From Rhizophagus irregularis (Eukaryota), in assembly GCF_026210795.1 (NCBI RefSeq), contig NC_089430.1, forward strand, positions 1,302,001 through 1,366,000: 64,000 nt of DNA, read 5' to 3'. A model generated the notes under the pieces. The model searched no databases. It was given only the letters and a program-made list of their open reading frames with translations, and was not told the DNA's origin. This document shows, one piece after another, positions 1 to 15,476 of this stretch (the first letter of the stretch is position 1; each line of letters opens with the position of its first letter). Position numbers and translations under genes: made by a program.

Positions 1-2850
1 AAGATCTATAGCTTATTGGAACGAGTTTGTGGTATATTCGTTCTATTTTCACTTTATTTATTTTATTTGTTTTAAGTACAACATTAACGTTGTTTTCGTT
101 TATTCTCTTTTTAGGAAACTTCCCAGAATGGGTTTGAGGTAATATATTACGGTCAACTTTATTTTTGAAGTAATTTATTGTTTCACTTTGTTAAACCCAA
201 CAAATAAACTTACTCTTCTTATTTTCTTTTTTTCTTGATTCAGGATGTTCAATATTTTACCTCATTTTGGGTAGGATATTTGATTTTTATCTAATATACA
301 AGTTAGAATTCGACATAATGAACCCTTCGATTAAATAAAAAACAATCTTCAAATCAAGGTAAACATGAAATTCATAGTCGTTATATCGAGTTCTGATTGT
401 AATCTTTAATACAATCATTTTTTAACGATCGAATGTTAATTTTTAATAGGTTTGTTATGTAATTTATAAGTTAACTTTAAAAAAGACTGAACTTTGGCAC
501 TAAGGATTATGGCCCTACGGTCAAAATCCTGAAGGGAGCCTTATGTCGAAAGCCGTTGGTGCCCAGCAGAGAAAAGTATTGCTTCGAAGTTTTCGATAAA
601 TGTCTCTAATTTGAATTGAATGATCCTCAAAATATTCACTTAAGAGTAAGTTTTAATTCATTAGCAAACCAATACAAATTCGATAAAATAAATTTATTGA
701 TCAAATTACGTACTTTTTTATTAATAGAGTAACAGGAAAGATTATAAGTCATTAATAGATCTCTATTCGTTACTTCATCGTTAAAATAAATTCGTTGATC
801 AAATTATTTTTTTATTAATAGAGTAACAGAAAGATTGTAAACCATTAATAGAAAAATAATTCAAGGAATCAAATAAAAATAATAATAAAAAAAAAGGAAA
901 TAATTTTGATACCAAAAATTAAAGTAATACCTAACAATAATAATAACAATAATAATATTCATCTTAAAATGTGTGCATTTAAAATAAAGGGAGTACTAGA
1001 TCGGCATAGCCGAGTCATTTGGTCAACGTTATTTAACTTGTTTCTGGTGTGTAGGGAATCACATTTGTGCATTTTATCAGCATCTCAGCATAGGATTTCC
1101 ACCGATGTGCGTTCGGAAGATGTTCTTAACAAGAAATGACGATGATTTCGATTTAGAATATACAGTAGATATCAAAATTTTATAACATATTTTCAGAGCG
1201 TAATTTACCGAATTTAATTTCTAAGAACTAAAAATTAATTCGCCATTTTTTATGCAGTCGTAGTAGCCGCAGCTTCAACGTGATAAATGATTGTCGTGAT
1301 TATATTTTGTATCACCCTGCAAATTATTTATTTTCATATTAATCTCCGTTCCAACTCTTACATAAGCTCTATCAATCTCCGAAGAGAAGAGTTATCTTAG
1401 CGTCATTTAAATAACCTTTTTTTAAAAAAAAGGCTATTTGTTTTTAAAGGTTATTTGTTTTCTTAAAAAGTATTTGTTTTTTTTAAAAAAAAATAAAAAA
1501 ATTTGTTTTTAAAAAAAATTTTTTTTTTTTACATAGCACAAGAAAAAAGGAAAATTAATAATCATTTTGTAAATATTTATTTATTTAATATTTTCTCTTA
1601 CCATTTCCCTTTATAGTTAATAAGGTATAACAATGAACACTAATTGATAATCATAAAACGCATTATCTATATTATCTATATTGTCATATGCAAAAAGAGT
1701 TTGGTGCATGAACTTCCAAGATGACGCTCCTTTTTTTTTTTTTTTTTTTTTAAAAAAAAAATAAGTTTCCCACGCAAAAATAAAGAACGTCAATGTTTTA
1801 ATGTCTCAAATAATCTGTAATAACTGGTTGGATATATTACGAAAATGCAGGGGTAACTCACAATATACAAGTATCCGGATATCGGCATTTTTATAATTAG
1901 AGTTTTTATACTTTATAAAAAAAAAAATGATTGATGATGAGCAGAGAAATATATAAATTATTAAAATTAAATAATCCTTGAAACTTCCAAATTTGCTTTA
2001 ACATTGAGATACTGTACATGCACAATGACAACAAATCATTCAACATATTAATTTTAATATGTAACGTGCGTCTAATATTATTTGTGGCGTAATGAGAAAT
2101 GAACTTCTAAATGTTAAATTATATTGCGTTATATGAATTAGGAATTTCGGATGAAATATGATTTTCATATTCATATGATCCAAATTAAGGTTTGCCCTTT
2201 AAAACCCTTTTGTATCTATTATTTTGAATTTTGATAATCTTTAACCTAATTCGGTTTGGTGAATTTGGGGTCCCTCGTGGGAAAATTAACGAACGTACTG
2301 TATAATGTATTGTTCTCTTTGAAACATTTAAAAATAGAAAGTGCAACTGAGAATTTAAAATGAAAAATCTTAACTTTGGTTAGGAGGAAATAGTAATGAT
2401 TAGTCGATTATTGTATAAATAAATATTTTATAAAATTTTTTACAATTAATTTTTTTTTTTTTTTTTTTTTTTGTTTCAAAACCATAATTAAGTCCGTTTT
2501 TGGTCAAACCGATTGTCAAATTCGGATCCGTAATAAGTTTATTTATTAATCAGAATGATGTCATTATATAATATAAATAATGATAATAATTCACAATCTC
2601 GCGTGGTGTGGCTTGAATGTTTAATATAATAAACTATATTTACATACCTAATATATTTCATTATTTGGTAAATATATTTATATGTTTTTGGGTTTATATT
2701 TTCTTTGTTTGACAATTTAGTTATTAATCGGCGAACAATGATCAAGAAAGATATAAGGGGGGGGGCTTCTTTCTTTTTTTTTCCTTCTTTTCTTTTAAAA
2801 TTTTTTATCATTCAAAAAATTCTTAAATTTTTCTGAAACCACTTTTCAAG

Positions 2851-3881
2851 ATGTCTAATCAATACCTTAAAACTTTTAAAACAGCTCAAGAATCAAAAAC
2901 ACTTTTTGGTGGAACCCCTAAGCAAGAACAGTACGACACTATTTTATTTACTATTTAAAAAAATAAAAATATATTTAATAATTATTATTAATAATATTAT
3001 TTTTATTATTATTGTTTTTTTTCTTTCTTTTTTTTTTACTTATATTTTAGTAAAATAAATGAGCTAGAAAAAAATGAAAATAAAGCAGGACCTGCCGCTG
3101 CTTCCTCTGGCCAAGAAAAGGCACCTTCTAGTTCTCAACCACTTGAAGCTCAAACATACGATAGTGACGGCGGAAAGACATTCCTTCCCATCCCCAATGA
3201 CCAAGTACATGATTTTTTCTTGGAGGCGCGTGGTAAATTTGAATTTATTTGAAACTTCAGTTTTTTTTAATTAAAGAAACAAGCTTTTATTAACCATTTC
3301 TTCTTTTTTTCATAGATTCAAACCTAGAGAATTCCGGACTCTCTAGTCCACCTAATCAAAACGCCAGAATCACTTTAATTTTGAATGATCCTCAAACATA
3401 CGATAATGGTGATGGTCATCAAACTCATGATGAAAGGACATCCGCTACCATTCCAAATCCTCAATCGCATGATGGAAGGTCATCCGCTACCATTCCAACT
3501 CCTCAATCGCATGATGGAAGGTCATCCGCTACCATTCCAACTCCTCAATCGCATGATGGAAGGTCATCCGCTACCATTCCAATTCCTCAATCGCATGATG
3601 GAAGGCCATCTAATTATTATGCAAGAATCCCATCGATTTTGAATGGTCCTCAAACGCATTCCCTCTCGCATTACCCCTCTAATTATTATGCAAGAATCTC
3701 ATCAATTTTGAATGGTCCTCAAACCCTTCCATCACTCCAGTGGGTCTTAAATAATCCTAATGAAAGCAATGATGATATTCTTCCACCTATTTACAATAAT
3801 CCTACACCTCAACAAATTCATTTACGTACCCTCGAGCCTGACCATGAGCCGGATGTACCAAAATTACAATTTCAGTTGTAA
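2851..3881 (+). CDS. Tandem-family repeat protein, copy 1 (~275 aa, 3 exons: 2851-2930, 3051-3232, 3316-3881); unknown function
   Basis: ATG at 2851 (MSNQYLKTFK...GGTPKQ); GT-AG introns with consistent phases (2 then 1); exon 3 joins ORF 3381-3881. 14-aa repeats SHDGRSSATIPTPQ, YYARIPSILN motifs, ends PKLQFQL. Same exon structure as the paralogs. Confidence 0.8.
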
Positions 3882-6800
3882 ATAGAATCTTCAATCTAGT
3901 TCTTCGTAACATTATCTTAGATGCCGCATTTTTTATGCCGTGATCTAAAAATTTTTCAAAAACATGTAAATAAATCATTGAAGATATCATATAAATAATA
4001 AAAAAAAAAATGAATTCGAATTTTTCCAAGTGATTAAACTATGAATTGTCACACACGTGCTAATTTAAGTAATATATTAATAATCTAAAATAATGATTGT
4101 GATTTTAAAAACTAAATATTTTTTACCTTCAAAAGTATCAGCCGGGAATCAAATATCCATCCACAAATTAAATTGTATCATCCGCGAAGAAAATATTCTT
4201 TTTGGTCCACTTTTAATGATACACAAATTATCAATGATCAAAACAAAAACCTTATCGTTAACAAAACGTAAGTTTTATAAAAAGATAATTATGTTTACCT
4301 TATGGAATTATCTTTAACAGTAAATAATATTTGAAACATTCCGAACGAAGTCCAGTTTATAAAGTATATCCAGTTATCAATAGTAATGATAAGACTTTCA
4401 TTGAAAAACGCTAGAATAAAGCCAAAAAAATAATTAATTAGTCCAAGTAAGAGATTATCAGTTAGATTTTTGAAAACAGCGTCAGGAAAAATAATGCATA
4501 GCACAGATTCTTTAGAATTTCTGCTATGCAACTCAAGACTACCTCATCCTTGCAAATTAATTAAAAATAATTTTTTTTTATAAAATAGTATTGAGATATA
4601 AAAGTCTCTTCAAGCTAAGACACCTCTTTTATGTGACCTTCAGAATCTTTCACACTTAAGTATGGACCTGTGAGACATTGCGCACGGACTGAAAGTGAGT
4701 ATAGAAAAGGTTATATTCTAACAATTCATATGCGAAGAAGTACTCGTAATCCTCATTAAAAGTGAATAGAAAAAATGTAAAACGGGAAATTTATAATAAT
4801 GCAAATTTTTTTCTAAGTAACTACGAGTATTTCTAAATTTTGGGAGTTATTGATAAATAATAAGGAAAGCATTAATAAAGAGAAATTAATTTATTTCCAA
4901 AATTTGAGAAGTTGTAGATTAAACAAGGTAAGTTTTTATTTAAGTTTGATGCGAGGATGTTCTTCCACGTTGTGTATTACGTTCTTTGAACGAAATCTAC
5001 ATTTTGAACTTCCTTAATTGGTGTTAAGCACGAATAAATTCCCAAAAAACAGTTTTGAAGCTGCGCTTTTTACGTAATTATTAATTTTTACTGGGACAAA
5101 TTTTTTTTTTTATAGTAGTTCCTTTACAGCTTTACTGTTTTATAAAGTAATTCACAACATAAAATTTTTAACTATTCTGTTTTCACACTTTAGTCATAAT
5201 CTTGACTATTAAAATCTACGAAATCATTTTAATTATAAATATTGAATTTCAAAAAAATTTAATGAAAACAAAAGAGAAAAAATTAACTACTGGCGGTATT
5301 GAAACGAAGAACAAGATTATATATATATATATACATATTTGTACTTTTATGAAAAAAAAGACAAATATTCAATTTCTTCTTAATTTGTCTTATCTAAAGG
5401 GTGATGAACATTACTGCATTACTGAAAAGGGACCGTTATACAGTCATAAGTGCCGTAATTGATTAGTGATGTCTGTTTATCTAAAAATGCGTCAATAACG
5501 TAACTTCTGATAGTCATGCACTTATAGTACCATCTGATTGAGTACCTTGTCAGTTATTGATATCATTGAAGTTGTTGAACACAATGTTCTGTATTCCTTT
5601 AAACAAAGAACAAAAGTTCTTACAAAATTATTTATATACTACTCGATATCGATGACTGCAACGATTAAAACCACAAAATGAGAATTTGCACTATGAAAAA
5701 AATGTTATCTTTCGATTTATACAGGTAATAAAAAAAATTTTGACTCTCTATTGGAATTAATAACAAGAAATCTAAAAACATCATTATGTAAAATATTTTA
5801 AATGATTAAAATACGTATCAAAAATTGATATTTTGCAGGCTCTATAGATTTGGGACTTAATTTCCCAATTCTAAAATATGTCAACTAGTGATAACTACAC
5901 AAATGGTTTAAGTATTGATGAACTCAGAAATTTCATCAAATCTACATATTATTTAGCGAAATTTCCAAATGTGAAGAACAAAATTTTGTTTGTTTTCCTT
6001 TCCAATATACATATCTGAAGTTATAAATAGTAAGTAAAGAAATTATTTTTTACAAAAGAAAACGCGTAAATGATTAAATGGACTAAGAAATATACTAAGA
6101 TTTTGTGTTACACTTAACCTATCAGGAGATCAGGAGACAAGACCGGTCTAGAACTTTCCTAATATGATGTAGTATGCATGCCGATTATTGATTAAAGCTT
6201 AGAATTTCTTTAAATCGTCACAAGAAATTGGTTTACTCTCAGTTTTGGTGAAGGAATTTTAAAATAAGTTCAGTTTTGGTTCAGTCCGTACTCATACAGT
6301 AGGTCATTCTTTTTTTTAGGGACAAATTCTAGTTTATTGTAACGAGTTTGTTGGTATACTTTTCGTTATTCCTTTTTTAGGAACATTTTATATAGATTCT
6401 TTGAAGTATGTTCGTTCAACTTCTGATGACTCCCTTTTTTAATGAATTACATTTACATCATTTCGTTTATTTGTTCTCTTTAGGAAGCTTCTTGGAATGG
6501 TTTTGAGGTATTATATTTGGTCAACTTAATTTTGAAGTAATTTTTGTTTCATTTGTTAAATCTAACTAACTTTACTTTTCTTTTTTTCTTGAATTAGGAT
6601 GGATTTCTAGGAACGAGAGATGAAATGTTAGGAGTTCCCTTTTTTAGATATTTTATTTTTGATTTTGTCTTTTTTGGAAGGATATTTGATTCAAGATAAT
6701 AATGAAATTAATACTTCTCACTATAATATTTAATATAAACCTTTTAACGTTTGAAAGGATAAATCGAATTAAATGTTCCTCAAAATAAGTAACTGACCCC

Positions 6801-9132
6801 CTGTAATTTTAAAGTTAAGTAACAACTCCCATTAAAATTTTTTGAGATTCAAGTATAATATTAACCCTGATAATGTGTAAAATAACAGACTTATATAATA
6901 CATAAATCAAAAGTTAGATGATCAGGCAAATTTTGTGTCTTAAAAAAATTATCATCTTTTGCATGAATATTTTCATTCCTTCATTATTTCATTCTCTAAC
7001 CTTTTAGTATATATATATTGATATATATATTGATATAATAATTTTACACATTTCTCTTTCCTTTCATTTTTCGCAATTTTTGAATGATTTTGAGAATTAT
7101 TAATTTTATGCAGCATTTACTCTAAGTTTTCTTTGTCAAAAATCTCCCTTTTATAGATACTATGCATAAAATGGGTATTAGGGTTCTGCTGCTGAAAGCA
7201 AATTAGCAAATTGGTTTACTAAATCTCAGAGCAAAAATCGTTATAAAATGGATTTTTTGAAAATAGTATTATTTTCTTTTATTATTATTAAGTCTAAATT
7301 TTATTTTAGTTCAATCGCACAAAAACTATTTTGGATAATTTATTAGGAAAGATCGACATTTTGCAGCTAAAATTCATCGACCTGATTTATATATTGTGCA
7401 TATGACTCACCTAATGATCGGAATGACATTCCGATCATCAGGTGAGTCGATCTGCGACCAGGCCTGTACGAGTAAGCCTCAATTCATACATTGTAAAATA
7501 ATAATAATAATAAATAAAATAAATAATTAAAGTAACACTTAATAATAATACATCTTCTTCTCCTCCCTCTCCTCTACCTCATTCTCTTCTTCTTTCCCTC
7601 CTTCTATTCATCTTTCGCAAAAGCAATTCAGCTTCCGAATTAAAATATGGATAACAAAGATTTTATCGTATTTTCAGAGCGCAATTTGCGGAAATATCCG
7701 GATTTGTTTTTCAACTCAAGAATTAAATTCGATATTTTATATTTACCGCAGTAGCCGCAGTAACTGCCTCTGCAAAACAACCAATTTTTAATGATCGAGA
7801 GGGTCATCTTACCCCGCTGACGAATTCATTGTGGTTCAAAATCAATAAATAATGCCATGTTGTTGTTTAATTTTTCACATAACGGCGGGAAGAATTTTTA
7901 AACACTTTCATAAGTTCTATTCTAGCTTGTTTTGACATTATTAAGAAGTTTTTTTTAAAAAAATTTTTTTCTTTTTTAGAAACTGAAGAAATCCTTATTG
8001 TAATTGTTATATTTGGAATAGTTTAAAATATAAATAAATAATTAATTGTTTATTATTGTTTTGTAACCAGTTTTTTTTTAAAAAAAAAGAAAAAAAGAAA
8101 AAAGAAAAAATTGAGAATGCTTGAATTTTTTTTTCTTTTTTTTTAAAAAAACAATGGTTGAAATTTTTTTTTAAACATTTCCGCTTAAATCGAAATTACG
8201 TATATTATTACGTAAATTTTTATTATATATGGCGATATATAAACATGAATTGTTTATTACTATAAGACTATATCTGATATATAATAAACAAATATGCAGG
8301 ATTCAAAACTAAGAGTGGGGGAAAAATCAGACGTTTTGTACAATGTATTGTGGCGCATTTGCAGCGCTTTAATTGGAACAGTTTATTAGCTTTATTTATT
8401 TTTAGAGAAATATTGTGGGCCATGTATCGCTTAAGAAATATTTTGTTAGTATACTGTATACAGTATCGGATTCGCAAAAGAAAATCAAATGACTAATATT
8501 TCAAATTAGTATATGATGTTAAGTTCCGTCTTTTCTCCGGAAAAAACCTTTCGCATCTCTAGTATCGTTCACAAAAAATTTTAAATTGTAATTTAAAAAT
8601 CGATTACTCCCACGCCCCTATTCTTAACAAACAAGTCTAACACCACGTTGACGCATTTTTGTTTCACATTTGTCGAAACATACCGTATTCTTCCGTCGAA
8701 ATGGATTAAGTCCGTTTTTAGTTAAGACGATTATCAGTAAAGCCTATTATGTCATGAATCATTGTTGTTATGTAAATAATTATGCAAGATTCAAGAGTTT
8801 AACTTTAATATCACACAATGCTAATTTAAATCCGTAATATTCATTATGCATATATTTTTAATATAAATCATTTATTGAAAATTGTTAAATTTATATATAT
8901 TGTATAATTACATTATATATTAGTTTAGAAATCAACAAAGTAAAAACTAAACACAATATTAACTACATTTGATCATTGTTTGTGCAATTTAGGAGCTGCA
9001 AACAAAAAAAAAAAAATGACTTATAAAAAAGTTTGTTTTTCATTTTTTTATTTCTCATTTCAAAAAATTTTTTGAAAAAAAAAATCAGCATTTAATAAAA
9101 AATTAGAAAACCTACCACTTTTTTAGTAAAAA

Positions 9133-10037
9133 ATGTCGTCACAAAATCAGAACCAACCCTCTCATAGAATTTATAAATCAACTAAAGAACAAAACAAAAT
9201 CCTTGGTGGAACCCCTAAGCAAGTCCAGTACGATATATATACCATTTTATTTACAACTTTGAGTACAAAAAATATATATCCACAATTTTTTTTTCTTTTT
9301 TTAGTAAAATAAATGAACTAGAAAAAGGTGAAAATAAAGCAGGGCCTGCCGCTGCTTCCTCTAGCCAAGAAAAGGCACCTTCTAGCTCTATTGAAGGTGC
9401 TACAATCCATAATCTACCACTCGAAGCTCAAACACACGATAGTGACGGTGGAAAGATATTCCCTCCCATCCCCAATGCTCAAGTACATGATTCTGCCTTG
9501 GGGGCGCGTGGTAAATTTGAAATTATTTCGAAACTTCAGTTTTTTTTAATTCAAGAAACAAATTTTTATTAACCATTCCTCCTTTTTTTTGTAGATCCAG
9601 CCTTACAGAATTCTGGACCCTCTGGACCACCCGACAAAATCACTTCAATCTTGAATCCTCAAACATACGATAATGGTGATGGACATCAAACTCAAGATGG
9701 AAGGACATCCGTTACCATCCCTAATCCTCAAACGCATGATGGAAGGTCATCTGCTACCATTCCAAATCCTCAATCGCATGATGGAAGGTCATCCGCTACC
9801 ATTCCAAATCCTCAAACGCATGATGGAAGGCCATCTAATTATTATGCAAGAATCCCATCGATTTTGAATGGTCCTCCAACCCTTCCATCACTCCAGTGGG
9901 TCTTAAATAATCCTAATGAAACCAATGATGTTATTCTTCCACCTATTTACAATAATTCTACACCTCAACAAATTCATTTGCATACCCTCGAGCCTGACCA
10001 TGAACCGGATGTTCCAAAATTACCATTTCGGTTGTAA
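9133..10037 (+). CDS. Tandem-family repeat protein, copy 2 (~247 aa; exons 9133-9227, 9305-9510, 9595-10037)
   Basis: MSSQNQNQPSHRIYK...GGTPKQV; introns at positions and phases homologous to copy 1; exon 3 in frame with ORF 9651-10037; ends PKLPFRL. Confidence 0.8.
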
Positions 10038-13000
10038 GTAGAATCTTCAATCTAGTTCTTCATAACATTATCCTAGATGCCGCATTTTTTATATCGTGAT
10101 CTAAAAATTTCTCAAAAATATGTAATAAATCAAAAATTTAATTGAAGATAATAATAAAAAAAATATTCATAGGTTAATCACTTGAGTTAACATTTGTCAC
10201 ACACGTGCTAATTTAAGTAATATATTAATAATCCACAATAATGATTGTGATTAAACTAAATATTTTTTACCTTCAAAAGTATCATCCGGACCAAATCAAA
10301 TATCCCTGATCCACAAATTAAATTGTATTAACCGCGAATCAAAAAGATGGCAATATTCTTTTTGGTCCAATTTTAATGATGAATAAATTATCAATGATCC
10401 AAATCGTTAACAAATACGTAAGTTTTATAAAAGGATAATTATGCATACCTTACGGAATTATCCTTAACTGGTAAATAAGTGTCCTGAATGTCATTCAACT
10501 TACAAAGGAAGCGTATTCGGTTATCAATAGCAATGATAAGACTTTCATAGAAAAACGCTAAGGTGAAACAAAAAAAATTAATTAGTCCAAGTGAGAGACT
10601 ATCAGTTTGATTTTTTAAAACAGCATCAGGAAAAATAAAATGCAAAGCATAGATTCTCAAGAAATTCTATTATGCAACTCAAGACTACCTTGGCAAATTA
10701 AAAAGTAAACTTTTTTAGACTGAAAGTAAGTATAGACAACTAACAATTACGTGCAAAGAAGTACCGTACCTCTCTCATCAAAAGTAAACAGAGAAGTGTT
10801 AAACGGGAAATTTATAATAATGTAAATTTTTTTATAAGTAACTACGAATATTTTTAAATTTTTGGAGTTATTGATAAATAATAAGGAAAGCATTGATAAA
10901 GAGAAATTAATTTATTTCCAAAATTTGAGAAAAGTAGACTAAACAAGGTAAGTTTTTATTTAAGTTTGATGCGAAATGTACTTCCACGTTGTGTATTACG
11001 TTCTTTGAACGAAATCTACATTTTGAACTTCCTTAATTGGTTTTAAACACCAAAAATTAGTTTTGAGGCTGCACTTTTTACGTAATTATTAATTTTCTGA
11101 GACAAAAAATTTTTTTTTCATAATAGTTCCTTTACTTTTTTATAAAGTAATTCACAACATAAAATTCTCACAACTTTAGTCATGATCTTGATTATTATAA
11201 TCCTGATTATTAAAATCTACGAAAGTATTTAAATTATAGATATTGATTTTCAAAAAAATTTAATGAAAATAAAAGAGAAATATTAACCACTAGCGGGTAT
11301 TATAGTGATATATATATACATATTTGTACTTTTATAAAAAAAAACAAATATTCAATTTCTTCTTAATTTGTCTTATCTATGGTTACTCTATGGGACCGTT
11401 ATACAGGTTATACAGTCATAAGTGCCGTAATTGATTTGTGATGTCTGTTTATCTAAAAATGCGTCAATAACGTAACTTTTGATAGTCTTGTCCGTATAGT
11501 ACCATCTGATTGAGTACCTTGTCAGTGATTGATATCATTGAAGTTGTTGAACACAATGTGCTGTATTCCTTTACACAAAGAATACTACTCGATATCTATG
11601 ACTGCAACGATTAAACAAGAAATCTAAAAACATCATTATGTAAAATATTTTAAATGATTGAAATGCGTATCAAAAATTGATATTTTGCAGGCTCTATAGA
11701 TTTGAACTGAGTTTCCTAATTCCAAAATATGTCAACTCCACAATAAGTATTGATGAACTCAGAAATTTCATGTTTTATACATGAAATTATAAATAGTAAG
11801 TAAAAAAATTATTTTTTTACAAAAGTCACAAGAAATTGTCATACATTTACTCTTAGTTTTGGTGAAGGAATTATTTTTTTTTTTAGGAACATATTATATA
11901 GATTCTTTTAAGTATGTTCGTTCAACTTCTAACTCACTTTTTTAATGAATTACATTTACATCATTTCGTTTATTTGTTCTCTTTAGGAAGCTTCTTGGAA
12001 TGGTTTTGAGGTATTATATTTGGTCAACTTAATTTTGAAGTAATTTTTGTTTCATTTGTTAAATCTAACTAACTTTACTTTTCTTTTTTTCTTGAATTAG
12101 GATGAATTTCTAGGAACGAGAGATAAAATGTTATGAGTTCCCTTTTTTAGATATTTTATTTTTGATTTTATCTTTTTAGGAAGGGTATTTGATTCAAGGT
12201 AACAATGAAATTAATATTTCTCGCTGTAATCTTTAATATAAACCTTTAACGTTTGAAAGGTTGAATTGAATTGAATGATTCCTCGTAATATTCACTTACG
12301 AGTAAGCCTCAATTCATACCTTTCTAAGATTATCTCATTGTAAAATAATAATAATAATAAATAAATAAATGATCATTTTAAAGTAACAGGAAATTTTTAT
12401 AGGAAAAGATAATCAAATAATAAAAAAAAATAATTAAAGTCTTAATAATAGTAATACTTTTTTACTTAATGAAGGGAATAGATCGGCGCAGTTGATTTAT
12501 TCGACCAACATAATTTGGTGTGGAAAATCACGTTTTGAAACGTCTCCCTCTCCTCTTCTCTACTTCTTCTCCTCCCTCCTCCTCTTCTTCTTTCCCTCCT
12601 TCTATTCATCTTTCGTAACAGCAATTCAACTTCCGAATTAAAACATGGATAACAAAGATTTTACCGTATTTTCAGAGCGCAATTTACCGGAATAACTGGA
12701 TTTTTTTTTCAACATAATTAAATTCGATATTTTATATTTTGCCGCAGTAGCCGCAGTAACTGCAGCCTCAGCATAAGTCAAATGATCAAGAGGTTCGCGA
12801 CAAGCAAAAAAACAAAATTTTTTTATTGAGTTATAGTAAATTCAAACTAAAGAAAACCCATAAAAAAAACTTATAATTTAGGTTGGTTATTCAACTAAAT
12901 TATAATAACCCCAGGTAAAATAAATAAATAAAGAAAGAACTATATACTGTAATTGTAAATAATGTATCATCTTACCTCGCTGACGGATTCGTTGTCCAAA

Positions 13001-13408
13001 ATCAATGCCATGTTATTGTTTAATTTTTCACATAACAGCGGGAAGAATTTTTAAACACTTTCATAAGTTTTATGATAGTATTATCAACCTCCGGAGTGAA
13101 GAGTGCTTGTTTTGATATTTTTATGAATATTTTTTTTTAAATTTTTTTTTTTTTTAGAAACTAAAGAAATCCTTATTGGTAATTACGTATTCTTTGTTTG
13201 TTTGTTTGTTTGTTTATACATCTTAGTCGGAAAAATATATTTGGAATAGTTTAAAAAATAAATAAATAAATAATAATATTATGAGTTTAATTATTGTTTT
13301 GTAATACAACAGTCTTTTTTTTTAAAAAAAAAGAAAAAAGAAAAAAATAAGAATGCTTGAATTTTTTCTTCTTTTTTTTAAAAAAATTTTTTTTCTTTTA
13401 TTTAAATT

Positions 13409-13441
<33 letters not shown>

Positions 13442-14186
13442 CAGAAAAAAAAGGATAAAAAATAAAATGGTTGAATTTTTTTTTTAAAAAAAACATTAGA
13501 TTTTTTAGAAAAATATTGTGGGCCATGTATCGATTAAGAAATATTTTGTTAGTATACTGTATACAGTTTCGGATTCGCAAAAAAATCAAATGACTAAATA
13601 TTTCAAATTAGTATATTAAAGTTCCGTCTTTTTCCAGAAAAAACCCGGAGAAACCTTTCGCATCTTCATTCACAAAAAAATTGATTACTCTCACGCCTCC
13701 TCTTCTTACAAAACAAGTCTAAAACCTTGATCACGTTGCATTTTTGTTTTGAGACAAATGTTTTTAGTTAAGACGATTATCAGTGAAAAGGTTATCTATT
13801 CATTCACATGATGTTATGAAATCATTTGTTGTTATTTAATTTATTTAATAATGTAAATAAATGCAAGATTCAAGAGTTTATCTAATATTACAATGTTACT
13901 CTAATTGAATGGTTCGGTCCGACCCGCAACATTCATCATACATAAATTGATAAGTTTATATATTGTATAATACATTATATATTAGTTTAGAAATCAAAAA
14001 AGTAAAAACTAAACATAATACTAACTACATTTGATTAGGAACTGTTCAAATTTCATAACAAAAAAAAAAAGACTTATAAAAAAAGGTTTATTTCCATTTT
14101 TTATTTCTCATTTCAAAAAATTTTTTGAAGAAAAAAAATCACAATTCAAATAATAATTAAAAAACCTACCACTTTTTTAGTAAAAA

Positions 14187-15476
14187 ATGTCGTCACAAAA
14201 TCAGAACCAACTCTCTCGTAGAATTTATAAATCAACTCAAGAACAAGAAAAAATCCTTGGTGGAACCCCTAAGCAAGTCCAGTACGTATACTATTTTATT
14301 TTACAACTTTGAATACAAAAAATATATATCCAACAATTTTCTTTTCTTTTTTTTAGTAAAATAAATGAACTAGAAAAAGTTGGAAATAAAGTGGGACCTG
14401 CCGCTGCTTCCTCTAGTCAATTATATTATGCACCACCGCACCATAGTAGTAAAGAAAAGGCACCTTCTAGATCTATTGGAGGGGCTACAATCTATAATCT
14501 ATCACTCGAAGCTCAAACACACGATAGTGACGGTGTAAAGACATTCCCTCCCATCCCTAATGCTCAAGTACATGATTTCGCCCTGGAAGCGCGTGGTAAG
14601 TTTGAGAAACTCCATTTTTTTTTTAATTAAAGAAACAAGTTTTTATTAACCATTTCTTCTTTTTTTGTAGGTTTCGCCTCGCAAAATTCTGGACACTTGG
14701 ACTTGAGTGATAAGTATGATGGAAGGCCATCTTCTAGTCCACCTTTCTCCAATCATTACGCAAAAATCACTTCAATTTTGAATGATCCTCAAACATATGA
14801 TAATGGTGATAGTCATCAAAGTGATCAAACTCATGATGGAAAGGCATCCGCTATCATTCTTAATTTTCGAACGCATGATGGAAGGCCATCTTCTAGTCCA
14901 CCTTTCTCCAATCATTACGCAAAAATCACTTCAATTTTGAATGATCCTCAAACATATGAAAATTGTGATGGTCATCAAAGTGATCAAACTCATGATGGAA
15001 AGGCATCCGCTATCATTCTTAATTTTCAAACGCATGATGGAAGGCCATCTTCTAGTCCACCTTTCTCCGATCATTACGCAAAAATCACTTCAATTTTGAA
15101 TGATCCCCAAACATATGATAATGGTGATGGTCATCAAAGTGATCAAACTCATGATGAAAAGGCATCCGCTACCATTCCAAATCCTCAAACGCATGATGGG
15201 AGAACATCCATTAATCCTCAAACATATGGTAGGTGGGCATCTTCTAGCCCCATCCTCTTGCGTTATTCCTCAAATTATTATGCAAGAATTTCATCAATTT
15301 TGAATGGTCTTCAAACTCTTCCGTCGTTCCCGTGGTTCTTAAATAATCCTAATGAAACCAATGATGTTTCCCTTCCACCTATCTATAATAATTCAACACC
15401 CCAACAAATTTATTCACGTACCTTTGAGTCCGACCATAAACCGGAGGATTTAGATTACCATTTCGTTTATAAATGA
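14187..15476 (+). CDS. Tandem-family repeat protein, copy 3 (~379 aa; exons 14187-14281, 14357-14595, 14671-15476)
   Basis: Same exon/phase structure; exon 3 has three ~53-aa repeats (DGRPSSSPPFSNHYAKITSILNDPQTY...). Confidence 0.8.

Noticed and set aside
3074..3642. ORFs 3074-3274 and 3385-3642 (and equivalents 9328, 9673, 15100, 21349)
   Set aside because: Alternative frames of exons 2 and 3 of the tandem family. The spliced frame is the one conserved from ATG to stop across copies.
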